From Pseudomonadota bacterium (GTDB taxonomy: Bacteria; Pseudomonadota; Gammaproteobacteria; Pseudomonadales; JADFDG01): a stretch of DNA of 64,000 nucleotides. Each line of letters begins with the position of its first letter. Position 1 is the first letter of the stretch. Shown here in pieces: positions 8,283 through 16,654 of this stretch. Below the pieces are notes generated by a model. The model was given only the letters and a program-made list of their open reading frames with translations, was not told where the DNA came from and did not search any database. The DNA lies in assembly GCA_049324495.1 (NCBI GenBank), contig JBMOOP010000027.1, positions 30,623-94,622 of the forward strand, read 5' to 3'. The position numbers and the translations under genes are program-made.

Positions 8283-8611
8283 GCGGCGGCCCCTTCCAGC
8301 GCGTGGCCGGCGGCTTGCCATTCCGCCTTGCCGCCCTTGAATACGGCGACAGCGACGTAGCCCAGCGCCTGCAATTGCACCGCGACCTGATCCGAGTTCG
8401 TACAGGCAGCGCTGGCGCAGTACACGACAACACCTGCGGCCTTGGCGGGCAACAGCTCCGGCGCGAGCGTCTTCACATCCCCGATATTGATGTTCAGGGC
8501 ACCCGGCAAGTGTCCCTGCGCGAAATAGTGGGCGGGCAGGGCCTCCACCAGCACGGGCGGGGTGGGCGAACTCAGGCGGTCGAGCAGGTCATTCAGGCTG
8601 ATGGTTTTCAT
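8279..8611 (-). CDS. rhodanese-like domain protein (single domain sulfurtransferase)
   Basis: MKTISLNDLL...VLVEALPAHYFAQGHLPGALNI...VVVYCASAACTNSD with the active-site Cys loop. Translationally coupled to DoxX. Confidence 0.85.
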   Translation of the reverse strand: MKTISLNDLLDRLSSPTPPVLVEALPAHYFAQGHLPGALNINIGDVKTLAPELLPAKAAGVVVYCASAACTNSDQVAVQLQALGYVAVAVFKGGKAEWQAAGHALEGAAA

Positions 8612-8628
8612 GGGAGCACCCTGGTTGA

Positions 8629-8692
8629 TTGCAAAAGCAATTGTTGTATATGCAACTATATGAACCATAGCCCAAAGTCGTTGCATATGCAA
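8629..8692. promoter_or_regulatory. three TTGYAWAWGCAA pseudo-palindromes in the divergent rhodanese/marR intergenic region (candidate MarR operators)
   Basis: TTGCAAAAGCAA 8629-8640, TTGTATATGCAA 8644-8655, TTGCATATGCAA 8681-8692. The last extends to the perfect 14-bp palindrome GTTGCATATGCAAC at 8680-8693. Confidence 0.5.
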
Positions 8693-8703
8693 CAATACAG
8701 AGC

Positions 8704-9156
8704 ATGCCTATGGACAAGCGCCACCCCACCCCTCATTTCCTCGCCTGGGCCCGCCTGCTTCGGGTCCACAAAGTCCTCCTGGAAAGGGTCCAGGCCGACC
8801 TGTCTGCGGCCGACCTGCCGCCACTCGAGTGGTACGACCTGCTGCTGGAACTCGACATGGCGGCAGGCAACCGGCTGCGCTTGTACGACCTTGGCCAGCG
8901 GATGGTCCTCAGTCGCAGCAACCTGACGCGGCTATGTGATCGTCTGGAGAAGGAGGGCCTGATCTTGCGTGAGCAATGCACGGAGGATCGTCGAGGTTTG
9001 TTTGCCGCGCTGACACAGAAGGGCGCAGAGATGCGTCGGGCCATGTGGCCTGTCTACAAGCGATCAGTGGAACAGCATTTTTCCGCTCATCTCTCGGAAG
9101 AGGAGGCCAGTGATGTGGCGGCCATCCTGCTGAAAGTGCGAAACGCCGAATCGTGA
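8704..9156 (+). CDS. MarR family transcriptional regulator
   Basis: Winged-helix pattern LPPLEWYDLLLEL...LRLYDLGQRMVLSRSNLTRLCDRLEKEGLILREQCTEDRRGLFAALTQKG. Confidence 0.9.
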   Translation: MPMDKRHPTPHFLAWARLLRVHKVLLERVQADLSAADLPPLEWYDLLLELDMAAGNRLRLYDLGQRMVLSRSNLTRLCDRLEKEGLILREQCTEDRRGLFAALTQKGAEMRRAMWPVYKRSVEQHFSAHLSEEEASDVAAILLKVRNAES

Positions 9157-9172
9157 CTGCAATCGCCCAACA

Positions 9173-9193
9173 TCATATATGGACTCCTCCCAC
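9173..9193. repeat. 21-bp perfect direct repeat, copy 2 (TCATATATGGACTCCTCCCAC)
   Basis: Identical to 7764-7784. Lies 17 nt after the marR stop. Confidence 0.9.
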
Positions 9194-9345
9194 AAGTAGC
9201 GACGACGCTTTTTCCTGACCTGATGGCGGGCTGCATTCGTATATTCGGCCTGGGTGTGGATCTGTTCGATCCTGGCCTGTCATGTCATGAGTATCGCGTC
9301 GCTACGCAGTCGCAGTTGGCGGCAAATCGGTGTTGTTTTTCCTGA

Positions 9346-9942
9346 TTAACCGTTTTCTTTCAGGCCGCGCAGGCGGCAGGTTGCCGGTTGTCGTCGAACG
9401 CGCGACATGAACTTAAACATTGTGCGGCTTAGCCTGGCTCCTGTCGGGTGGCGTTGGTGGTTGATGCCGTTGGCGATACTGATCAGCAGGGTACGTTCGT
9501 ATTCGCGGCCGCCGTGGCCAATGATCGGCGTAAAGTAGCGCACACGGTTCATGGTGAGCGCCCGGCGCTTGCGTTTTTCCATTTCCGGCAGCGGGTCGAG
9601 ATCCAGGCGCACGCCGGGGTAGTCCCGGGAAATGCGTTCCATATCCTTCTGCAGTGCTTCGCCAAATGCAGCAACGGTGCTGATGATTTCATCGATTTCA
9701 TCCGACTCGGCTTTGGCATAGAGGAGCAGGCCGGCGCGATCGAGAAGGCCGGCGTCCGTATACAACAGGCTGTAACCCTCGTTCAACATCAGGCGCTGTG
9801 CGCTCGGTACGGATGCTTGTTCGTGATCGGATTTTATTTCTGTCAGGCCAGGATGTGCTGAATCAAGGCCAGGATCGGAGCAGCCAGCGACGAGCTTGGT
9901 CAGCGTGACCACAATCAAGGAGTACCACAGCATATTTTGCAT
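9346..9942 (-). CDS. hypothetical lipoprotein
   Basis: Lipobox LVAGC after a hydrophobic N-terminus (MQNMLWYSLIVVTLTKLVAGCSD). The start lies 6 nt after the upstream di-haem gene stop. I recognise no family. Confidence 0.6.
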   Translation of the reverse strand: MQNMLWYSLIVVTLTKLVAGCSDPGLDSAHPGLTEIKSDHEQASVPSAQRLMLNEGYSLLYTDAGLLDRAGLLLYAKAESDEIDEIISTVAAFGEALQKDMERISRDYPGVRLDLDPLPEMEKRKRRALTMNRVRYFTPIIGHGGREYERTLLISIANGINHQRHPTGARLSRTMFKFMSRVRRQPATCRLRGLKENG

Positions 9943-9948
9943 GGGGGG

Positions 9949-11176
9949 TCACAGCGCGCGCATGAATGCCACCAGATCCTTCTTTTCCTGCTCATTCAAC
10001 TTTAATTCCAGCATGAGACTGAAGAATTCCACGGTGTCTCCATCGTCAGTAGCCGGCCATCGTGCAGGTACGGTGGTGAGTCCTTGATCCCGCGCAGCGG
10101 GAAGGTTTTGATCGGCCCGTCTGCCGACGCCGTGCGCCCATTGAAGGTGATTTCCTGGAAGAAGCGCTCTGTCTGCAGGTTGTGCATGAGGTTGTCTGTG
10201 TAGTACGGAGGCGTGTGGCAGACCGCACACTGCCCCTTGCCGAAAAATACTTCCTGGTCGCGCATTTCGCCTGCGTCGGCCTGGATGCCGTCGAAGTAGG
10301 CCGCACGTTGCTCAAACTCGGTAAAATCTTCCACGGTTTTCAGGGCGCGCTGGGAACCGAACAAGCGCTGAATATTGACGCCGCGCAGTGACGGTGTATC
10401 GATGCGATGGCGATGTTCGTTGGGGCGAATGTCGCCGACCGTGTGGGTGGCGGCATCGGTGTGGCCGTTGGCGTGACAATCCAGGCAGGCAACGCCGGGA
10501 TGAGCCTTCAGGCTGCGACGATCTTCGGTGGCGTTGAATTGCTGCTGGGGAAACGGTGTTACCGGCAGGCGCAAGCCTTCGAGTTGCTTGGGATTCAGGA
10601 TGTTCCTGAACAACGCATCGAAGTTGGCGAGCGTCACCAACTTCCCTTGCGAGACATCGCCAAAATCCGGTCGCGTGGTCAGACAGATGGGTGCCGGAAA
10701 TTCCGGCAGAAAGTGATTTGGCAAATCGAAATCAAGGTCGAAACGGGTCAGATCCCGATCAGTCTGCTTTTTTGTTTCGTCGATGAGAAATTTTGGGAAG
10801 ATCATGCCGCCCACTTCGTGATGGGGATGCGGCAACGGCAGAAAACCTGCCGGCCAACGGTTGCTGGCCCTGATCTCCTCCGGGGACATAGCGGCCAATT
10901 TTTCCCACGACATGCCCTCGGGCAGCCGCACCCGCACGCCATCCTGCACCGGCTTGCCGCGCGACATGCGCACTCCTGTAGCCGGCCGGTCAGCAAGATC
11001 GTAGCGCTCTGCAAGCAATGCCTGTTGGCGTTTTGCGAAAGCCGGCTTCTCTGTCTGCAGGCGTTTTGTCAGCGTGGAAAAGTTTTCCTCGCGGCCGATA
11101 CAGCCAGGGAAAAGCAGATCACCGCTGTAGCAGTCAATGCAGTGATGAACCAACGAAGATGCAACGAGGCCCGCAT
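9949..11176 (-). pseudogene. di-haem cytochrome c peroxidase-family protein, apparently disrupted by two frameshifts
   Basis: CLDCHANGH and CAVCH haem motifs and PPYLHDG lie in ORF 10002-11153. The conserved C-terminus DTVEFFSLMLELKLNEQEKKDLVAFMRAL is in another frame (ORF 9949-10230), with the shift near 10035-10043. A good RBS plus signal peptide (MRASLHLRWFITALTATAVICFSLAVSA, ATG 11176) is in a third frame that stops at 11069. Confidence 0.55.
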
Positions 11177-11264
11177 GGCAGACTCCTGCTGAATTGGCTG
11201 CCAGTGTGATTGGCGGCCGCGCGCGGCTCCGTTCGCTAAAGCACAGAGGGTGTTGCGGCAGGCT

Positions 11265-12218
11265 TCAGAGAGGGCAATCGGTAGCGGCGTGCCCGGCGAA
11301 GGATTCAATCGCGGCACGGGTGCGCGCCAGTACTCCGGCAAAAGCGGCAGCATCCGCCGCCGCTTCAGCGCTGCCGATCGCGGTCGCTGCGGCTGCCGGG
11401 CAGCCGCGCTCCAGCAATACCTGCGCCAGATTATTGTGGGCAGCGGCGGATGCAGAGTGCTGCAACGCGCTGCGCAGTGCCGCCTCTGCAGCGGGCAGAT
11501 CGTGCAACGCGTAGTAGGCATTGGCCAGCGCCTGCCAGGCGAGAGGTTGCTCCGGCCAGCGTCTGGTTGCGGCTGCGTACGCGACGGCGGCCTGCGCAGG
11601 CTGACCCAGCTCCTCGAACGCGCTGGCAGCCTGCAGCCAATCGGTGCTGTTGGCGGTAACCGGCGGCTGTTCCGGCAGTGCCGCTACCAGGGCCCAGCGC
11701 TGTGCACGCGCCCAGCTCGACTCAAAGCGGTGGCGTGTCATGCGCAGACGTTTGTGGGTGCCCGAGCGCAGCAGCAGGGAATCCGCCGCCGTGTCGTAAC
11801 CGATCACCACCGCGTAATGCCACTGCGGCACGGCTTTCAGTCCAAGGTTTTGCAACACCAGCACAGGCGTGCCGGCAGCAATTTCATCGAGCAGGCTTTG
11901 CATTTGGGGTTGCAGCACATACGGAACACGGTGATGGCGCCGCGTGGCGGCCACCATCTCGGCCTGAATGCTGCCCCTGCGCCCGGGCAGATAAACCTGG
12001 GTGGTCAGTTCTTCCGGCGTCACGGTGGCGCCGCTGGCACCCAGCACCGTCGCCAGGGCCGCCGGCCCGCATTGGTAATCTGCCTGCGCATGGAACGGGG
12101 TTGCACTCAGCTCGACGCGGGCTGCCGGCAGTGTGTAGTCGTGCAACGGCGGTCCGCTGGCGCAGGCGCCCAGCAGCAGCGCCTGCCCCAGTACAAGAAC
12201 GGCGGCGAGTTTTCGCAC
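11265..12218 (-). CDS. C39-like (papain-fold) cysteine peptidase fused to TPR repeats; lipoprotein (PA2778-like)
   Basis: GTG 12218 gives MRKLAAVLVLGQALLLGAC (lipobox). Catalytic-type motifs ADYQCGPAALATVL and HYAVVIGYD. The C-terminal half has TPR-like repeats (AYAAATRRWPEQPLAWQALANAYYALHDLPAAEAALRSAL). Confidence 0.8.
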   Translation of the reverse strand: MRKLAAVLVLGQALLLGACASGPPLHDYTLPAARVELSATPFHAQADYQCGPAALATVLGASGATVTPEELTTQVYLPGRRGSIQAEMVAATRRHHRVPYVLQPQMQSLLDEIAAGTPVLVLQNLGLKAVPQWHYAVVIGYDTAADSLLLRSGTHKRLRMTRHRFESSWARAQRWALVAALPEQPPVTANSTDWLQAASAFEELGQPAQAAVAYAAATRRWPEQPLAWQALANAYYALHDLPAAEAALRSALQHSASAAAHNNLAQVLLERGCPAAAATAIGSAEAAADAAAFAGVLARTRAAIESFAGHAATDCPL

Positions 12219-12256
12219 TTTTCGTTGCTGTGAAAACCCGACCTTCGGGGGGGGAT

Positions 12257-12628
12257 TCAAATTTTGGCAAAAATATTGATCGCGCCGAGCAGTTCCAGGA
12301 TCACCAGGATCACCAGGATCAACAGGATGGCACCCAGTACGCCGTCGGCGCCGGCGGGCGCATCCTGGATGTGTTGCGCCATTTGCTGCAGCTCGCCGTT
12401 GGTCATGGCAGCAACGCGTTCGGTAGCCTGCGCCGTATTCACACCCATCGCCTCCATCTGGCTGCGAACCTCATCTCGCGCCAGGAAAGTTTGCACCTGC
12501 GCCAGATGGGCAGCGCGCGTTTCCTGCGTGAGTATCTGCCCGGTACCCGCCATTTCGGCGCGCAACGGAGTGGCCGTCACAATCAAGGCTGCGGACAGGA
12601 CAACGGATATCAGTGATCGCATATTCAT
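12257..12628 (-). CDS. small secreted protein with C-terminal membrane anchor, paralog A (PA2779-like)
   Basis: MNMRSLISVVLSAALIVTATPLRA signal peptide, a helical region of about 70 aa, then GVLGAILLILVILVILELLGAI anchor. Roughly 65% identical by eye to paralog B. Confidence 0.75.
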   Translation of the reverse strand: MNMRSLISVVLSAALIVTATPLRAEMAGTGQILTQETRAAHLAQVQTFLARDEVRSQMEAMGVNTAQATERVAAMTNGELQQMAQHIQDAPAGADGVLGAILLILVILVILELLGAINIFAKI

Positions 12629-12828
12629 GATGGCTTCTCTGCTCTGTGATGGCTGTGGTGTTTGCCGTCGGGGAGACGGTAATGATATCGCTGCGGATTT
12701 TAAGCCCCCCCCAGCTTCGCCGCCAGTATCGCCATCCTGCCGTGAACGATTCTGTGCGCTGGACAACATATGCGAATTATTCCCGTAACAGGTGTTGCCA
12801 CCCGGTACGGATACCCGGTGGCAGCAGA

Positions 12829-13169
12829 TTACGCCAGTCCCAGCAGAAGCAGAATCAGCAGCACTATCAGCACGGTGGTGAGCACCCCGGCGCCGGGGGC
12901 GCATCCGGGATATTTTCTGCCAGTTGCTGCAGTTCGCTGTTGGTCATGGCGGCGACACGTTCGATAGCCTGCGCAGAATCCACGCCCAGCGCTTCCATTT
13001 GACCGCGCATATCCTCGCGGACCATGAAGTCCTGCACCTGTATCAGCTGAGTGTTGCGCGTTTCCTGTGCGAGTATCTGCCCGGTACCCGCGATTTCGGC
13101 GTGTAGTGGCATGGTCGTAAGAATCAGGGCTGCCGATAGAAAAACGGACATCAATGAGCGTATACGCAT
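12829..13169 (-). pseudogene. paralog B of the small anchored protein, C-terminal anchor out of frame
   Basis: MRIRSLMSVFLSAALILTTMPLHA...ELQQLAENIPDAPPAPG reads on to a stop at 12867. The expected anchor GVLTTVLIVLLILLLLGLA is encoded in the adjacent frame and ends at 12829. A 1-nt change in the C5/G4 runs (12885-12899) would restore it. Confidence 0.6.
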
Positions 13170-13416
13170 GAGGATTTCCGCAGGAGGTGTGTGCCACCGC
13201 AGATGCAGTGGCAACGGGCTGCGGGTTTTGATAACCCAGAGCCTCGTCGCCAGTGTTGTCGTCTGTTGCGAGCGGTTCTGTGCGCTGAGCAACGTACGCG
13301 CGATACTTTGAAATTGCTTGGGAGTTTTGGAGATTGGGTGCGGGATAATTGTGCGTGAGTACGCTAGCGCACCGAATCAATCAGCCGGCGTCATTCAAGC
13401 TGGCGACATGCGGATC

Positions 13417-13444
13417 GCACTCAGGCATCAGCACTCAGGCATCA
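13417..13444 (+). repeat. exact tandem 14-bp repeat GCACTCAGGCATCA x2 just upstream of an RBS
   Basis: 13417-13430 equals 13431-13444. AGGAG follows at 13446-13450 and the ATG at 13460. Confidence 0.85.
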
Positions 13445-13459
13445 CAGGAGATACTGACC

Positions 13460-13642
13460 ATGCTCGAAACCATCGCGGTGGTGTTGCTGATTCTGTGGGC
13501 TCTCGGGCTGGTGTCGTCGTATGCCATGGGCGGATTTATTCACGTTTTACTGGTCGTGGCGATCATCGTCATACTGATCCGGGTCATTCGCGGCAGAAGT
13601 CTCTGGTCCCGCCGATCCGGGTGCCGCCTGCTGGTCGGCTAG
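13460..13642 (+). CDS. lmo0937-family small membrane protein
   Basis: MLETIAVVLLILWALGLVSSYAMGGFIHVLLVVAIIVILIRVIRGR matches the recalled two-helix pattern of this family of about 50 aa. AGGAG RBS 9 nt upstream. Confidence 0.7.
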   Translation: MLETIAVVLLILWALGLVSSYAMGGFIHVLLVVAIIVILIRVIRGRSLWSRRSGCRLLVG

Positions 13643-13679
13643 ACCGGCAGGCGGTGGGCGACAGGAGAAACCCGTCAGG

Positions 13680-14921
13680 TCAGCGCGACAGCAAATCCTT
13701 CGCGATGGCGATCACCTGCATTTCGTCGGTGCCGCCGTAGATCTGCAGAATCTTCGCGTCGCGCATCAGTTGCTCGACGCGCGCTTCGCGCATATAACCC
13801 ATACCGCCGAAGACCTGCACCGCTTCGGTGGTGACTTCCATGCAGGTTTGCGCAGCATAGAGTTTCATGGAGCTCGCTTCTGCCAGTGTCATCTGCTTGC
13901 CGTAACCGACCAGCTCGATGTAACGGAACACCATGTTCTGTAGGTTGGAGCGTGCCACTTCCATCTTCGCGAGTTTCAACTGGATCAGCTGGTTGTCGCC
14001 GATGGGTTTGCCGAACTGCACGCGATTTTTCGCATACTCGGTGGAAAGTTCCAGCGCGCGTTCGACCATGCCCAGCGCCATGGCCGCCACGCCGGCACGT
14101 TCCTGCATGAACGTACCCTTGACGCCGGAGCGGCCGTAGCCGGTTTCGCTGCCGCCCATCAGACGCTCCGGGCCGCAGTGCAGATCGGTAAGAAACAACT
14201 CGCCGGTGGGCGACGAACCGATACCCATTTTCTTGAACGGCTTGCTCTGGGTGAGCCCGGGCATGCCCTTATCGAGAATAAATGAAACGATTTTGCGATC
14301 TTTCGGCTCCACGCCGGCTTCATCGAGCTTGCAGATCAGCACGATGATGTCGGCGTAGGGGCCATTGGTGATCCAGGTTTTTGCGCCGTTGATGATGTAG
14401 CCACCCTTGCCGTCACGCTTGGCCAACGTTTTCATCTGGCCGAAGGCATCGGAGCCGGAATTCGGCTCGGAGATTGCCCAGGAGCCAATCTTTTCCAGCG
14501 TCAGCAGAGGCAGCGCCCAGCGCTTTTTCTGCTCGATGGTGCCTTTGCTCATGATCGCGCCGCCGGTAAGGCCGGCCGACACGCCCATGGCGGTGATAAG
14601 TCCCTGCGCGTGGCGGGAAATTTCGATGACCGGGATCATGCGCATCGCCGCTTCTTCGGCGGCCATGGCGTTGAACCCTTCTTTCTTTTCTTTCTTTTCC
14701 TGTACCTCGCCGCGCGCTTCGGCCTCATCGCGGGCTATCTGGCGGTCGAACTCCATTTTTGCCATGGCTTCGAGGCCGAAGGTTTTCGCCATTTTGCGCA
14801 GGATGTCGTATGGCGGCATGCCTTCGTATTCGATGGCGTCGAGGTGCGGCACGATTTCTTTCTCGACGAACTGGCGCACCATGTCGCGGATCATGCGCTG
14901 GGATTCTGACCACTCAATCAT
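13680..14921 (-). CDS. acyl-CoA dehydrogenase
   Basis: 413 aa. WAISEPNSGSDAF, TWITNGPYAD and QIYGGTDEMQ motifs of the ACAD family. Confidence 0.92.
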   Translation of the reverse strand: MIEWSESQRMIRDMVRQFVEKEIVPHLDAIEYEGMPPYDILRKMAKTFGLEAMAKMEFDRQIARDEAEARGEVQEKKEKKEGFNAMAAEEAAMRMIPVIEISRHAQGLITAMGVSAGLTGGAIMSKGTIEQKKRWALPLLTLEKIGSWAISEPNSGSDAFGQMKTLAKRDGKGGYIINGAKTWITNGPYADIIVLICKLDEAGVEPKDRKIVSFILDKGMPGLTQSKPFKKMGIGSSPTGELFLTDLHCGPERLMGGSETGYGRSGVKGTFMQERAGVAAMALGMVERALELSTEYAKNRVQFGKPIGDNQLIQLKLAKMEVARSNLQNMVFRYIELVGYGKQMTLAEASSMKLYAAQTCMEVTTEAVQVFGGMGYMREARVEQLMRDAKILQIYGGTDEMQVIAIAKDLLSR

Positions 14922-14972
14922 GTTGGACTCCTGGGATGGGTGCTGTGTGGTTGCTCGTTGTACGGATCGCGC

Positions 14973-15497
14973 TCAGAACGGCCCCTCGAAGAGTACGCCG
15001 ATGCCAATGGTGCCGTTGTCGAACTCTTCGCTGTCCTTGTCGCTGTAACTCTCGGCGGTGTAGGTGAACGTGACGCGATCAGCCAGAGTTTTTTCGCGGC
15101 GCACCTGTCTTTGCTGGGTGACGAAGCTGTACACCTCACGCAGATTGAGATCGGCGCGGATGCGGCCGAGCGGGCCGCGATCGCCGATACCGGCCTGCAA
15201 CTGGACGATGCGCCCGAGACCGATGCCGGCGTAGGCGTTGACGACGCGCTGGCCGTCGAAATCCTTGGCGCCGAAGCCACCGTTAATGAAGACGCTCGAG
15301 TAATTGGCATCAAACAGTATGCCGCTGGGCAGGTCATCGACGGCGCCGCCCTGGCCGCGTGGATCGGCGCGTCCGATCGAATAAACTGTGCCACGAATCA
15401 AATTGACTCCGGCGTAGCGGTCGGCGGCCATGGCGCTGGTCGAGACAAATAGGCTGCCCAACAAGCCAGCGGTGAGTATGAGGCGCAGCAAAACCAT
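14973..15497 (-). CDS. small outer-membrane beta-barrel protein (hypothetical)
   Basis: MVLLRLILTAGLLGSLFVSTSAMA signal peptide, alternating beta-strand pattern, and a C-terminal ...GIGVLFEGPF ending in Phe. Confidence 0.6.
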   Translation of the reverse strand: MVLLRLILTAGLLGSLFVSTSAMAADRYAGVNLIRGTVYSIGRADPRGQGGAVDDLPSGILFDANYSSVFINGGFGAKDFDGQRVVNAYAGIGLGRIVQLQAGIGDRGPLGRIRADLNLREVYSFVTQQRQVRREKTLADRVTFTYTAESYSDKDSEEFDNGTIGIGVLFEGPF

Positions 15498-15601
15498 GCG
15501 ATGTGCTCCTTCCCTATGTGTGCGGCAGGCGGTGTTCGGCAAAGCCTGCGCATTCTAGCCGGAATGTGGCGGCCGGGCGGTCGTGGCCGACGGCCTGCCG
15601 C

Positions 15602-16630
15602 TCACAGCCAGCGGATCGGTTCTGCGGCGAGCAACTGCTGTTGCTCCTCCAGTTCGGCCAAGTGCGATTGCCACCAGCGTGGTGTGTTGAACCAGGGGAA
15701 GGCGCGCGGGAAGGCGGGGTCTTCCCAGCGTTCGGCGATCCAGCCGGCATAGTGGGCCAGGCGCAGTGTGCGCAACGGCTCCACGAGGCGCAGCTCGCGG
15801 GCATCGAATTCACAGAATGCGCTGTAGCCGTCGAGCAGCTCGGCAAGGCCGCGCTCCTGCTCGCGCCGGTCGCCGGCCAGCAGCATCCACAGATCCTGCA
15901 CGGCCGGTGCCGATTGGCAGTCGTCGAAATCGACGAACCAGGGGCCGTCGTCGCGGGTCCAGACGATGTTGCCCGGATGGCAGTCGCCCTGGGTGCGGAT
16001 GGCCGTCGCCTGAACGGTGGCGAACGTGGCCAGGATGGTGCTGCGCAACGCGGCGATCAGCAGGGTGTAACGCGCGCTGTATGCAGGCGGTACGAAACCA
16101 CGTTCCTGCAGGATGCCGGCGGGGCGGTCAAGATAACGGGTGATATCGAGTGCGGGCCGGTGTTCGAACGCGCGCGCGCGGGCAACGGCATGCATGCGGC
16201 CCAGCAGCGTGCCGATGCGATGTAACTGGTCGAGATCGCCCGGTTCGGGCGCCATCCCGCCCTTGCGCACAAACAGCGCATAGCGATAACCGGCATGTGT
16301 GTACAGCGTTTCGCCGCTGGCGTCGGCTATTGGTGCCACCACCGGTATTTCCGCTGCGACCAGTTCGCGACAGAATGCATGTTCTTCGCGGATCTGCGCG
16401 TCGCTCCAGCGGTTGGGCCGGTAGAACTTCACAATCAACGGCAGCGCGTCCTCGAGGCCAACCTGATAGACGCGATTTTCGTAACTGTTCAACGCGAAAA
16501 CGCGCGCGTCGCTGCGACGGCCGGTCGCCTCGACGGCATCGATGACGATGTCGGGGGAGAGCGCGGCGTATTCGGTGCTGGTGAGTGCTGCGGTGATCGT
16601 TGCGGTATTGGTCATCGCGGCATTATGCAC
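15602..16630 (-). CDS. srkA: stress response serine/threonine kinase SrkA (YihE/RdoA)
   Basis: LNSYENRVYQV, VKFYRPNRW, GDCHPGNIVW, FVDFDD and AVQDLWMLL align by eye with E. coli SrkA. Confidence 0.88.
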   Translation of the reverse strand: MHNAAMTNTATITAALTSTEYAALSPDIVIDAVEATGRRSDARVFALNSYENRVYQVGLEDALPLIVKFYRPNRWSDAQIREEHAFCRELVAAEIPVVAPIADASGETLYTHAGYRYALFVRKGGMAPEPGDLDQLHRIGTLLGRMHAVARARAFEHRPALDITRYLDRPAGILQERGFVPPAYSARYTLLIAALRSTILATFATVQATAIRTQGDCHPGNIVWTRDDGPWFVDFDDCQSAPAVQDLWMLLAGDRREQERGLAELLDGYSAFCEFDARELRLVEPLRTLRLAHYAGWIAERWEDPAFPRAFPWFNTPRWWQSHLAELEEQQQLLAAEPIRWL

Positions 16631-16654
16631 AGGGCAACCGCGTGCGACAGTTTT

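Noticed and set aside
12247-12712. G8 and C8 tracts flanking small-protein paralog A, considered as a phase-variation switch in their own right.
   Set aside because: Both tracts are intergenic. At this GC content, a few 8-mers are expected by chance in 64 kb, and I have no evidence of length heterogeneity. I kept this only as a note inside the frameshift finding.
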